Counted from the first letter of the stretch, positions 9,140-18,103 are shown. The stretch: DNA of 31,137 nt from Rhodoferax sp. (GCA_031416195.1 JANOTE010000139.1:1-31137); one strand, 5' to 3'. A program made the numbers and translations. Notes: generated by a model from the sequence alone, not told the origin.

Positions 9140-9577
9140 GTGGGGTTATCTGTGGCGAAAAGTTGGCTGTCGAAATGTTCGGTAAGGTATTTCGTCGAAC
9201 ACTCGACTAAGTTAGCGCTTACTGCAATATTGGTTGTTGCGAGTGTTGCACCCTCAGGCGTGTACGCCAAGCCTGCGGTTCCCGACAGTTTGGCGACGAT
9301 CAAGGTTACAGAATTGCCGCAGCAGGGCCAGCAAACTTATGAGCGGATTCACCAGGGTGGCCCGTTTGCTTACGACAAGGACGGCACCGTGTTTGGCAAC
9401 CGTGAACGGTTGTTACCTACAGCAAAACGCGGGTTTTACCGGGAATACACCGTTAAAACGCCAGGTTCAAGAGACCGGGGAGCCAAGCGCATCGTGTGCG
9501 GTGGGCAACCCAAAACGCCAGATTCATGTTTTTACACGGCAGATCATTATTCGAGTTTTCGCCGGATCCAGCCCTGA
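9140..9577 (+). CDS. Secreted guanyl-specific ribonuclease (barnase/RNase Sa, N1/T1 superfamily)
   Basis: Signal-peptide-like KLALTAILVVASVAPSGVYA, then DGTVFGNRERLLP, YREYTV (catalytic Glu), RGAKRIV and YTADHYSSF (catalytic His). Start codon uncertain (GTG 9140 or 9152). Confidence 0.9.
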   Translation: MGLSVAKSWLSKCSVRYFVEHSTKLALTAILVVASVAPSGVYAKPAVPDSLATIKVTELPQQGQQTYERIHQGGPFAYDKDGTVFGNRERLLPTAKRGFYREYTVKTPGSRDRGAKRIVCGGQPKTPDSCFYTADHYSSFRRIQP

Positions 9578-9634
9578 CAGTCGTTGTAATTCATGAGTTT
9601 TTTAAAAGAGTTTTGTAATTTTAGAGAAAGTGAA

Positions 9635-10138
9635 GTGGACGCGATTATGCAAGTTCGTAACGACAACCCAGCGCCAGGCACCAGCCACGCGCCCAAGCCT
9701 GCGGGCGATGGCAGTGAAACGCCATCCCGCGCCTCAAATGACACGCCCTTGAAGGGCGTGCGCACCAACATTGTGCAGTCCATTCGCGCGTTTCGCGTGC
9801 AGGATTTGCAGGATGCCGCGATTCATATGGGCCAGCATTTTCTGTACGCCAACCTGGCCAACGCGTTGACGAAACAGGACGTGCTGGACATGATTGGTCA
9901 GCAGTTCATGTTGCCCATGCACGTTGGCAAAAACTTTGACGCGTTGTACGACAGCATGACCGACCCGGTTCACAAATCCGGCCCACAGCCCGGCTTCATC
10001 GCCGTGCTGGAGCATATTCCTGCCAACCTCAAGTTTGACAAGGAGGCGCGCGAGCAACTGCTGGACATCTTCCGCGATGCCGCCGACTACTGGGGAGATC
10101 GGAAAATCCCGTTCCGATGCTTCTATTCTTTTCTGTAG
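9635..10138 (+). CDS. Barstar-family ribonuclease inhibitor
   Basis: Barstar signature HVGKNFDALYDSMTD, plus FIAVLEHIP and LLDIFRDAADYW; directly downstream of the RNase. Start uncertain (GTG 9635 after AGAAAG, or ATG 9647). Confidence 0.9.
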   Translation: MDAIMQVRNDNPAPGTSHAPKPAGDGSETPSRASNDTPLKGVRTNIVQSIRAFRVQDLQDAAIHMGQHFLYANLANALTKQDVLDMIGQQFMLPMHVGKNFDALYDSMTDPVHKSGPQPGFIAVLEHIPANLKFDKEAREQLLDIFRDAADYWGDRKIPFRCFYSFL

Positions 10139-10338
10139 CCCGTTCTGCACACACCAGCCAAGCAGAACGGGCGAACGAGGCCAAAAGCGACAACCGTGCC
10201 GCTGAAAACCTCTCAGGCATTGAATTAGTCAACGAAACGGGCGAGAAAATGCCCACGGACAAGTTGTTGGATGTGTCGGCGTTTGCGTTGCGGATGAGCA
10301 GTCCGTTCAACGCCAGCTACTGGCTAGCCGCCGCATGA
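10117..10338 (+). CDS. Small ORF in the -1 frame of barstar ending in ssrA-like SYWLAAA; either a frameshift extension or a small protein (possible ATG 10249)
   Basis: Open from 10117 to TGA 10336-10338, overlapping the barstar stop, and upstream of the operon terminator at 10482-10505. Confidence 0.5.
   Translation: MLLFFSVARSAHTSQAERANEAKSDNRAAENLSGIELVNETGEKMPTDKLLDVSAFALRMSSPFNASYWLAAA
10138..10172 (+). other. Perfect 11-bp RNA hairpin starting in the barstar stop codon (candidate frameshift stimulator)
   Basis: GCCCGTTCTGC-ACACACCAGCCAA-GCAGAACGGGC. No U-tract follows on either strand, so it is not an intrinsic terminator. Confidence 0.8.
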
Positions 10339-10481
10339 TTTCGCTCCAATATCAACGCGATACGGCGTTGCAGCTCCTTGCCGTGCTGAAAGCACTGTCT
10401 GCGTCGCTGCGCCTTGTCTCGCGCTGATCTTGGAACGAAATCCGTTGGCGTAATGACGGTTTCAAAACTGCCAAGTCCGTC

Positions 10482-10505
10482 AAGCCCGCTTATGCGGGCT
10501 TTTTT
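10482..10505 (+). terminator. Intrinsic terminator of the RNase-barstar transcript (may also serve the convergent rsmA operon)
   Basis: AAGCCCGC-TTAT-GCGGGCTT followed by TTTT. Confidence 0.85.
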
Positions 10506-11268
10506 AATTCAACTCCTGCGCGAGCGCAACGTATTGCGCTACAGGCACTTCTTCGGCTCGGCGCTGAACATCAAATGTGCCACTGAAAGACTTTAATTCC
10601 AGCCACTTGCCCAACGAATGACGCAGCAGCTTTCTACGCTGGCTGAAGGCGACCCTCACCACTTCGCTCAGGCGATTCACATCGACCGAGGCAAAGTCCC
10701 CGCGGGGAACCATGCGCACGACGGCGCTGTTGACGCGCGGCGGCGGATTAAAACTCTCGGGTGGGACGAACAGCACGCTTTCCATCGCGTAGCGCCATTG
10801 CAGCATCACGCTCAGGCGACCATAGTCTGAGGTGGCGGGTTTGGCGACCATGCGGTCGATCACTTCTTTTTGCAGCATGAAGTGCTGGTCTTGGATGACA
10901 TCGACGAAATCGAGCAGGTGAAACAAGATCGGCGTGGAGATGTTGTAGGGCAGATTTCCTACGACGCGCAATTTTTGCGGTGCCGACAGTCGGGCCGCGA
11001 GCAGTGCGAAGTCCACATTCAGCACATCAGACTCAATCACCGTCAACGCCGGGTGAGCGCGCAGTTTATGGGCCAAATCGCGATCCAGCTCGATCACCGT
11101 CAACTGCCCCAAGCGTTCGACCAACGGCTGCGTCAAAGCCGCCAGGCCGGGGCCGATTTCAACCATCGCATCGCTGGGCTGCGGAGCTATCTCTTTGACG
11201 ATGGTTTCGATGATTCCCGCATCGGCCAAAAAGTGCTGACCGAAGCGTTTGCGGGGAATATGCTTCAC
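10504..11268 (-). CDS. rsmA: 16S rRNA m6,2A1518/1519 dimethyltransferase
   Basis: [33 protein letters not shown] and [13 protein letters not shown] motifs. Confidence 0.97.
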   Translation of the reverse strand: MKHIPRKRFGQHFLADAGIIETIVKEIAPQPSDAMVEIGPGLAALTQPLVERLGQLTVIELDRDLAHKLRAHPALTVIESDVLNVDFALLAARLSAPQKLRVVGNLPYNISTPILFHLLDFVDVIQDQHFMLQKEVIDRMVAKPATSDYGRLSVMLQWRYAMESVLFVPPESFNPPPRVNSAVVRMVPRGDFASVDVNRLSEVVRVAFSQRRKLLRHSLGKWLELKSFSGTFDVQRRAEEVPVAQYVALAQELN

Positions 11269-12620
11269 TGTATCGGTGGTTCACGCATCTCGACGTAGGC
11301 ACGGCCGCGAACGTCCTGTGCCCAAGCGGCATAGGCTGTATCGAGTTTTTTATCGCGCAACTGGTTGCGAACGACCTCTCGCTGCTCCTTCAAACCCAGC
11401 GGCACTGTGCGGCGTTCGACCAGCTCGATTACATGCATGCCAAAGCGCGACACAAAGGGCTCGCTGATCTGGTTGGGCTGCAGGGAATCGATCACGGCCT
11501 CAAACTCTGGCACAAACTGGCCAGGGCTGGCCCAGCCCAGATCGCCGCCTTGGGGCGCGCTACCGTCCTGCGAGTTTTCACGCGCCAGTGTCGCAAAATC
11601 GGCTTGGCCCGCCTGCACGCGGCGCCGGATGTCGGTCAACTTCTCACGGGCCTGGGTTTCATTCATCTGGGCGGTGGAGCGCAACAAAATATGGCGCGCG
11701 CGGTTTTGCGTGACCATTGCGATGCCGGGTGTACGCTTCTCAATCACCTTCAAAATATGGAAGCCCGCGCCAGAGCGCAGCACGTCGGTGATCGCGCCTT
11801 CATTCAGGTTTTTGGTGGCATCGCTGAAGAGCGGGGGCAATCGGTCGGGCGGGCGCAGTCCCATTTGCCCGCCGCTGGCGCGGTCTGGCGCGTCCGACAC
11901 GTCGCGGGCGAGTTTGCCAAAGTCTTCGTTCGCGCGTACACGGGTCAACACGCTTTGCGCTTTGGCTTGCAACGCCGCGATCTGCGCAGGGGTGGCGGAT
12001 TCAGGTACTGCCACCAATATTTGCGCCACGTTGATTTCTTCCGGTGCGGCGCTGCTGGCGAGCTGCTCGTCGCGCATGAATTGATCAACCTCGGCATCGG
12101 TCACCCGCACGCGGGCATCCACCTCACGCTCACGAATGCGCGACAGCAGCAACTGGTCGCGCAACTGGGTGCGAAATTGGGCCAGGCTCAAGCCATCGGC
12201 CGCCAGGCGACGGCGCAGCTCTCGAACATCAATGCGGTTTTGCTGCGCCACACCCAGCTCGGCCTGATCCACCATCGCCTCGTCCACTCGCAGGCCCATT
12301 TCGCGGGCCAGTTGCACCTGCGCCTTGTCGCTGATCATGCGCTCCAGCACCACGCGGGTGAGTTCGCTGGCGCTGGGCTGCGGGCGGCGCGCCTGCGCCA
12401 GTTGCTGGGCCAGCCGCGCCGCCTCGACTCGAACTTCACCATTCGTGATGGGCTCGGAGTTGACGATGGCGACGATGAAGTCCGCCTGCTGGGGACGGTC
12501 AGAGCCAACCCGCGGCGAGGTCTGCGTCGGTGTTTGTAGCGGCTTGAGGCCCTGCGCTTTAGCACCGAGCGGGGCCAAGGTGGCGAGGAGGGCGGCGATT
12601 GCCAAAACGCGAAAAATCAT
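11265..12620 (-). CDS. surA: Periplasmic chaperone/parvulin PPIase SurA
   Basis: Signal peptide, [14 protein letters not shown]-domain, two parvulin domains (GFHILK; RARHIL...GGDLGW...SRFGMHVI) and a C-terminal RGRAYVE; located downstream of lptD. Confidence 0.93.
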   Translation of the reverse strand: MIFRVLAIAALLATLAPLGAKAQGLKPLQTPTQTSPRVGSDRPQQADFIVAIVNSEPITNGEVRVEAARLAQQLAQARRPQPSASELTRVVLERMISDKAQVQLAREMGLRVDEAMVDQAELGVAQQNRIDVRELRRRLAADGLSLAQFRTQLRDQLLLSRIREREVDARVRVTDAEVDQFMRDEQLASSAAPEEINVAQILVAVPESATPAQIAALQAKAQSVLTRVRANEDFGKLARDVSDAPDRASGGQMGLRPPDRLPPLFSDATKNLNEGAITDVLRSGAGFHILKVIEKRTPGIAMVTQNRARHILLRSTAQMNETQAREKLTDIRRRVQAGQADFATLARENSQDGSAPQGGDLGWASPGQFVPEFEAVIDSLQPNQISEPFVSRFGMHVIELVERRTVPLGLKEQREVVRNQLRDKKLDTAYAAWAQDVRGRAYVEMREPPIQ

Positions 12621-12626
12621 GGTGTG

Positions 12627-15014
12627 TCAATCGTAATTGCTGAAGCGGCTGGGCGTGCTGGTCTGCTCGCGCAAATATTGGTAGCGCGGGATATTATCCT
12701 TGAGTGACTTCAACGGGTTGGCACCAACCCGCGCAAAGCCTACAAACTCCAGTTGAAACATGATGCGCTGGTTGGCCGATGCCAGTCCAGTTTGCAATTG
12801 CTCCACCACGAAGCGGGCCAGCCAGCAACCTGCGTCGTACTCCAGGCCAATCACCGCATCGACCAGCTTGCGGTCTGCCAGGCTGAAGTTCAACCGCCCT
12901 ACGCTGTACCACTGCCCTTCGCCTAAACCGCGTCCTGCCCCCAAGTCTTGCCCTTTGTCGCCCCACAGGTCGTTCAACGGCCATTGCCAGCCGATGTCGA
13001 GTTGTTCGCTCGAATCACGCTGGAAGCGGTACGCGGCGGTGACGACGCGGTAGTTGCCGGGGCTGTAGCGGGCACCGAGGGTGGCGCGGGTGGATTTTTC
13101 GGTTTTGGGGTTGAACTGAACGGTGGAATCCATCGACCAACGCGGGTTCCAGCTCAGGCCTGCACCCAGCAAAATATCACTGAAACGCTCCACCACCGGC
13201 GCGCCGCCGGGCAAGGTGACGAGCTGGTCTTCCAGCCGCAAACGCTGCGCGACGCTCAAGCGCGCCACTTCGGCACCGTCTTTCGGGTCCAGCAAGCGGG
13301 TGGAGACGCCCAGCGTCAACAGATTGTTGTCCGAGATGCGGTCATTGCCGACAAAGGCATTCTCGGTATAGATGGTGGCGAAGTTGAAGTCGGTCGCGCC
13401 CGAGTCGTAATTGGGCAGCAGGTTTTGATCGCGAAACGGCGTGGCCACATAAAACAGGCGCGGCTCCAGCGTTTGCAGCAGGTCGCGGCCAAAGTAGTTG
13501 GCCTCGCGTTCGAACACCAGGCCACTGTCAAGACTGAACGTCGGCACGACTCGGCTGGCGGTTGTTGCGCCATGGGTGAGCGGCGCATCAAACTCGTATT
13601 GCGCGCCATGCAATTGAAGCTTCGGGCGAACGAACCAACCCGGGCTGTCCCAGGTGCGGCTGACCTGCGCCAAGGCGAAAGTGCGCCGCGCGTTGGGTTG
13701 CCCCGTGAGGTTGCGGTCGGCATCGAATTGGGTGTGGTCGGCATCGACCGACACGTCGAACCCAGCCACACCCCGCGCATAGCGCCCCACCAGTTGCGGC
13801 AAGCGATCGTACGGCGGGACGATGGGCGAGTCCACATCTTGCAGTGTTTGCCACTTCAACGCCCGCACGCTGGCTGCAAAATCGCCCCGCGCCCAAGACA
13901 CTTTGGCCTCATTGGCCAACAGGCGCTGCGTCAGGCTGCTGGTGCCAAAACTGCTGCTGTTGCTCTCGCGGGTGAAGTCTTTCCAGTAGTTGTCGTCGCT
14001 GACACGGTTGAGGTTGACGCTCACGCCGAGTTTGCCCAGCGCCGCGATGGGGCTGTCGATCACACCGTTATAAACCGACGTCACGCTCCAGCGGTCGCTT
14101 GCGCGCAGCGCGTCACCGGGCATCCACGTAGCACCGACCGTTCCCGCGTAGTTGGCCTCCAAGTAGCGAAATTCACCGCCCAAATTCACACCGCGTTTGG
14201 TCATCAGCGTGGACGAAAACTTGGCATCGCGGTTCGGAGCGATGTTCCAGTAATAGGGCACGGCAAGCTCAGCACCGTTGACGTTGTCCAGCCCAATCGT
14301 GGGCGGCAAAAAACCAGATTTGCGCTGGTCGCTCAATGGAAAGCTCAAGTACGGCACGGGCAAAATCGGCAGGCCTTTGAAGCTCAGCACCGCGCCCTTG
14401 GCCACGCCAATGTCTTCCTCGTAGTCCAGCGTCAGCGACGCGGCTTTCAATATCCAGTCGGGCATCCAACTCGGGCCGGGCAACCGCCGGCACGTGGTGT
14501 AGGTGGCGTTGGTAATGATGGAGCGCTTCTCATCCAGAAAATCCACCCGGTCTGCCTGACCATGGCCGCCTTGCAGAAATTGGTAGCTCGGCTTGAGGAA
14601 GAAGCCTTCAAACGCATCGACTTTGAGCTCCAGCAACGGCCCCTCGTAGACGTTGCCTGCGCGGTTGATGTAGACGTTGCCCGTCGCTTTGGCCAAGTCA
14701 TCCACCTGGTTGTGCTCCAGCCGGTCAGCACGCACGACCAAATCGCCACGGCGCAGCACGGCGTTGCCTTCCAGCACGGTTTCCAGATCGGTGCGGCCAC
14801 TGGCACGCTCGGCATACAGGTATGTGGGCAGCGCGCCGCGTTGCGATGCCGGCAGTCGCTCTTGCAGTTGAAGGGTTGGCTTGAGCATCAGTGGGGGTTG
14901 CGAGGTGCCAGGTGGCGGCAGCGCAATTGATGTCTGTGCCTGAGCCGGGCTGTGGTTCGCAAACACACACAGAATCATCGCGAACTGAGCATGTCGCGTC
15001 AGTTTCTGCTTCAT
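12627..15014 (-). CDS. lptD: LPS-assembly outer-membrane protein LptD
   Basis: OstA-like N-domain (ATYTTC...W), RKSGFLPP, YYWNIAPNRDA, RVSDDNYWKD, YDAGCW and the C-terminal IPRYQYLR. Start placed at ATG 15014 because the ORF-track start (15176) overlaps the divergent gene. Confidence 0.95.
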   Translation of the reverse strand: MKQKLTRHAQFAMILCVFANHSPAQAQTSIALPPPGTSQPPLMLKPTLQLQERLPASQRGALPTYLYAERASGRTDLETVLEGNAVLRRGDLVVRADRLEHNQVDDLAKATGNVYINRAGNVYEGPLLELKVDAFEGFFLKPSYQFLQGGHGQADRVDFLDEKRSIITNATYTTCRRLPGPSWMPDWILKAASLTLDYEEDIGVAKGAVLSFKGLPILPVPYLSFPLSDQRKSGFLPPTIGLDNVNGAELAVPYYWNIAPNRDAKFSSTLMTKRGVNLGGEFRYLEANYAGTVGATWMPGDALRASDRWSVTSVYNGVIDSPIAALGKLGVSVNLNRVSDDNYWKDFTRESNSSSFGTSSLTQRLLANEAKVSWARGDFAASVRALKWQTLQDVDSPIVPPYDRLPQLVGRYARGVAGFDVSVDADHTQFDADRNLTGQPNARRTFALAQVSRTWDSPGWFVRPKLQLHGAQYEFDAPLTHGATTASRVVPTFSLDSGLVFEREANYFGRDLLQTLEPRLFYVATPFRDQNLLPNYDSGATDFNFATIYTENAFVGNDRISDNNLLTLGVSTRLLDPKDGAEVARLSVAQRLRLEDQLVTLPGGAPVVERFSDILLGAGLSWNPRWSMDSTVQFNPKTEKSTRATLGARYSPGNYRVVTAAYRFQRDSSEQLDIGWQWPLNDLWGDKGQDLGAGRGLGEGQWYSVGRLNFSLADRKLVDAVIGLEYDAGCWLARFVVEQLQTGLASANQRIMFQLEFVGFARVGANPLKSLKDNIPRYQYLREQTSTPSRFSNYD

Positions 15015-15093
15015 GGATGAGGAAGGTGTTCGGGGTTGAACGGGCAGTTTGTCAAAGATAAGGTCACGCATCACTTTGTAGAATGGATTATCC

Positions 15094-16164
15094 ATGAGCC
15101 TAAGCCCACCCTCCCCCATGCCCCACACCGCGCCAGTGATCTGGACAGACCCTGCGCGTGAAGCCGCCTTCAACACTTGGCTGCAGGGCTTGAGCGCCCA
15201 TTCATTGCAATCCGTAACACTTCGTCTTGCCTCTGCCGATGCCAGCTTTCGGCGCTATTTGCGGGTTGACTCTGCCAATGGCACGCGCATCATCATGGAC
15301 GCGCCACCCGAGAAGGAAGACAGCAAGCCGTTCGTTGATGTCGACCGCCTGATGGCCGATGCGGGGCTGACCGTGCCGCAGGTGCTGGACTGGGATGTCG
15401 CCCACGGCTTCTTGCTGCTCAGTGACATGGGCGACAAGACCATGATGCAAGCCATGGTGCGAGACAACCCGCAGGCCAATGAGACCAGCTACTTGCAGGC
15501 GGTCGATGCGCTGATTTCCTGGCAACTCGCGTCCAAGCCGGGCATTCTGCCGCCCTACGATGAGGCGCTGCTGCGTCGCGAACTTGAGCTGTTTCCCGAC
15601 TGGTATTTGGCGCGCCACCGGGGCATTGCCGTTGAAGGCGATGTTCGCAGCACGCTGGATGCCGCGTTCAAGCACATCGTTGCGCATAATTTAATGGGGC
15701 CGTCGGTTTATGTGCATCGCGACTTCATGCCGCGGAATTTGATGGCTGGAAACCCTCCAGGTGTTCTTGACTTTCAGGATGCCGTCTACGGCCCCATCAC
15801 CTACGACATTGCCAGCCTGATGCGCGATGCCTTTTTGACCTGGGAAGAAGACTTTGTGCTGGACATCACCATCCGCTATTGGGAAAAAGCACGCAAGGCG
15901 GGCCTGCCAGTCGGTGACGATTTTGGCGAGTTTTACCTGGGCGTGGAATGGATGGGCCTGCAGCGCCATCTGAAAATTGCCGGCATCTTTGCACGGCTGA
16001 CATTGCGTGACGGCAAGCCGCAGTACCTGGCAGACACACCACGCTTTATCGACTACATCCGCGCCACGTGCAGCCGCTACCGCGAATTGAAACCGCTGTT
16101 GCGCCTGATTGACCGCGTGGAGGGCATAGAAGCCGCGACCGGGTTTGCGTACGGTCGGGTTTAG
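15094..16164 (+). CDS. amgK: Aminoglycoside-phosphotransferase-fold kinase, likely MurNAc/GlcNAc anomeric kinase AmgK
   Basis: ASADASFRRYLR, IMDAPPEKED, VHRDFMPRNLM, LDFQDAVYGP, GLQRHLKIAGIFARL and DGKPQYL motifs. The position divergent from lptD is the usual amgK location. Confidence 0.85.
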   Translation: MSLSPPSPMPHTAPVIWTDPAREAAFNTWLQGLSAHSLQSVTLRLASADASFRRYLRVDSANGTRIIMDAPPEKEDSKPFVDVDRLMADAGLTVPQVLDWDVAHGFLLLSDMGDKTMMQAMVRDNPQANETSYLQAVDALISWQLASKPGILPPYDEALLRRELELFPDWYLARHRGIAVEGDVRSTLDAAFKHIVAHNLMGPSVYVHRDFMPRNLMAGNPPGVLDFQDAVYGPITYDIASLMRDAFLTWEEDFVLDITIRYWEKARKAGLPVGDDFGEFYLGVEWMGLQRHLKIAGIFARLTLRDGKPQYLADTPRFIDYIRATCSRYRELKPLLRLIDRVEGIEAATGFAYGRV

Positions 16165-16176
16165 CAGCGCCTGCTG

Positions 16177-16899
16177 ATGCCGCGTTTTTACTGCCCCGTG
16201 CCGATGGCGACTGGCGACAGCCTGAGCTTGCCTGCGGGGGCAGCGCGCCACGTGCAGGTGCTGCGGCTACAGCCGGGTGACAGCATCACGCTGTTCAACG
16301 GTGATGCTCCATGGGGCGGCGAGTTTGAAGCGACCGTCACCCGCATGGGCCGCAGCGACGTAGAAGTCAAAATCGGCCCGCACAACGCCATCGAACGCGA
16401 AGCTGCCCGCCCGGTTCATCTGGCCGTGGGCATGCCCGCCAACGACCGCATGGACTGGCTGGTTGAAAAGGCCACCGAGCTGGGCGTGGCCAGCATCCAG
16501 CCATTGATCACCGAGCGCAGCGTGCTGCGGCTGTCTGGCGAGCGGGCTGACAAAAAGCAAGTGCATTGGCAAAGCATCGCTGTGGCCGCGTGCGAGCAGT
16601 GCCGGCGCAACCGCGTGCCGGTGATTCACGCGGTCGTAAGTCTTGCTTCGTGGCTCAAAACGCATCGATCGGGCCATGCGTATCTGCTGTCGTTGCGCGA
16701 CGGGAGCGTCCCCTTGCAGGAAGCCGTGCGCAAGGCGATGTCTGATGACGCAATGACATTTCTCTCTGGCCCTGAAGGCGGTTTGAGCGACAGCGAGGAG
16801 CTGGCGGCAATAACCAGCGGATTTGCCCGCGTATCCCTCGGCCCGCGCGTGCTGCGCGCCGAGACGGCTGCGCTGGCGGCGCTTACACTTCTCGCATGA
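16177..16899 (+). CDS. rsmE: 16S rRNA m3U1498 methyltransferase
   Basis: HVQVLRL, EKATELGV, ACEQC and the SPOUT motif GPEGGLS...SLGPRVLRAETA. Confidence 0.95.
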   Translation: MPRFYCPVPMATGDSLSLPAGAARHVQVLRLQPGDSITLFNGDAPWGGEFEATVTRMGRSDVEVKIGPHNAIEREAARPVHLAVGMPANDRMDWLVEKATELGVASIQPLITERSVLRLSGERADKKQVHWQSIAVAACEQCRRNRVPVIHAVVSLASWLKTHRSGHAYLLSLRDGSVPLQEAVRKAMSDDAMTFLSGPEGGLSDSEELAAITSGFARVSLGPRVLRAETAALAALTLLA

Positions 16900-18074
16900 A
16901 AAAGAACCTCTGGCTGCTGGCAATCTGCCAGGGGCTTTTCCTCACCAACAACGTGGTCTTCATCGCCATCAATGGCCTGGTGGGCTTCAGCCTGGCACCG
17001 TTTGGCTGGATGGCCACGTTGCCGGTGATGGGCTATGTGGTGGGTGGCGCGCTGTCCACTGGCGTGGTGGCCAAAACGCAGACGCGATTTGGCCGCAGAA
17101 CCTCTTTTCAAATCGGCTTGGCGGTGGCATTTTTCTCGGCACTGCTGTGTACCTATGCGGCGTTCAATAAAGATTTCTGGCTGCTGTGTACGGCGACCGT
17201 TATCGCCGGGTACTACAACGCCAATGCGGGCCTCTATCGTTTTGCTGCGGCTGAGCTCGTCACGGCTGATTGGCGCGAGAAAGCGGTTTCCATGGTGCTC
17301 GCGGGTGGCTTGATTGGGGCCGTGCTCGGCCCCAACCTGGCCGCACAAACGCGCACCCTGTTCAGCGTACCGTTTGCCGGTGCTTATCTCGCGCTGGCCG
17401 GGGTTGCGCTGGTCGCCATCGTACTGATGAGCTTTATTCAATTCCCGCCACCTCTGCCGAAAACCGCGTCCTCAGGCGGCCGCCCGCTGTCGGTCATCAT
17501 GAGCCAACCGGTATTCATCGTCGCCGCCGCTGCTGGCGCCTTGAGTTATGGCGTGATGAACCTGCTGATGGCCGCCACGCCTCTTGCCATGCAGCAATGC
17601 CAGTTGCCGTTTTCGGACGTGGCCTTGGTGCTGGAATGGCACGTGATTGGCATGTTTGCCCCCGGTTTTTTCACCGGGCATTTGATCAAGCGATTTGGCG
17701 TACTGCCGATCATGGGCGTGGGCGTGGTGTTGAACGCGCTGTGCATTGCAATTGCGCTGTCGGGCGTGGATCTGCATCAGTTCCTTGCCGCCTTGTTTTT
17801 GCTCGGCGTAGGCTGGAATTTTCTCTTCACCGGGAGCACCACGCTGTCGCTGCAAACCTACGCGCCCGAGGAAAAAGACCGCGCCCAAGGCGCTTTGAAC
17901 TTCTTCGTGTTTGCAACACTGGCGGTGAGTTCACTGGCCTCCGGCGTGCTGGTCACCACGCAAGGCTGGACGTTGCTGAACTTGGGCTCGATCATCCCCG
18001 TCGTGCTGGTCGCGCTGGCGCTGGGTTGGCTGGCGATGCATTTGCGCCGTACCGCAGTGAGCGGGGTGGCTTAA
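16896..18074 (+). CDS. Major facilitator superfamily transporter
   Basis: 392 aa with about 12 hydrophobic segments and MFS loop motifs TRFGRR and LIKRFG; ATGA overlap with rsmE. Confidence 0.9.
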   Translation: MKKNLWLLAICQGLFLTNNVVFIAINGLVGFSLAPFGWMATLPVMGYVVGGALSTGVVAKTQTRFGRRTSFQIGLAVAFFSALLCTYAAFNKDFWLLCTATVIAGYYNANAGLYRFAAAELVTADWREKAVSMVLAGGLIGAVLGPNLAAQTRTLFSVPFAGAYLALAGVALVAIVLMSFIQFPPPLPKTASSGGRPLSVIMSQPVFIVAAAAGALSYGVMNLLMAATPLAMQQCQLPFSDVALVLEWHVIGMFAPGFFTGHLIKRFGVLPIMGVGVVLNALCIAIALSGVDLHQFLAALFLLGVGWNFLFTGSTTLSLQTYAPEEKDRAQGALNFFVFATLAVSSLASGVLVTTQGWTLLNLGSIIPVVLVALALGWLAMHLRRTAVSGVA

Positions 18075-18103
18075 GGATTGAGTCTTCAGATTCAATCTAG
18101 TTT

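Noticed and set aside
10138-10172. Intrinsic terminator directly after barstar
   Set aside because: Strong stem but no U-tract on either strand; a proper terminator exists at 10482-10505.
10426-10445. SRP (4.5S) RNA, suggested by GGAACGAA
   Set aside because: The surrounding conserved SRP motif (TCAGGTC-GGAA-GAAGCAGC) and the long helix are absent.
10117-10505. tmRNA (ssrA) gene, suggested by the LAA-ending frame and downstream structure
   Set aside because: No tRNA-like acceptor or T-arm (GGGG...GAC 5' end, TTCRANTCC...CCA 3' end) on either strand, and the frame lacks the ANDE-type resume sequence.
12948-14930. 660-aa plus-strand ORF
   Set aside because: Antisense shadow of lptD in high-GC DNA; no recognisable motifs. 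The same applies to 11365-12084, 11433-12539, 6610-7398, 18414-19352 and 27122-28225.
15049-15084. TTGTCA as the -35 box for the amgK promoter
   Set aside because: It is 24 nt from TAGAAT, too far for sigma70.
15015-15176. N-terminal extension of LptD in the ORF track
   Set aside because: It overlaps the divergent amgK gene and its promoter; the signal-peptide-like sequence begins at ATG 15014.
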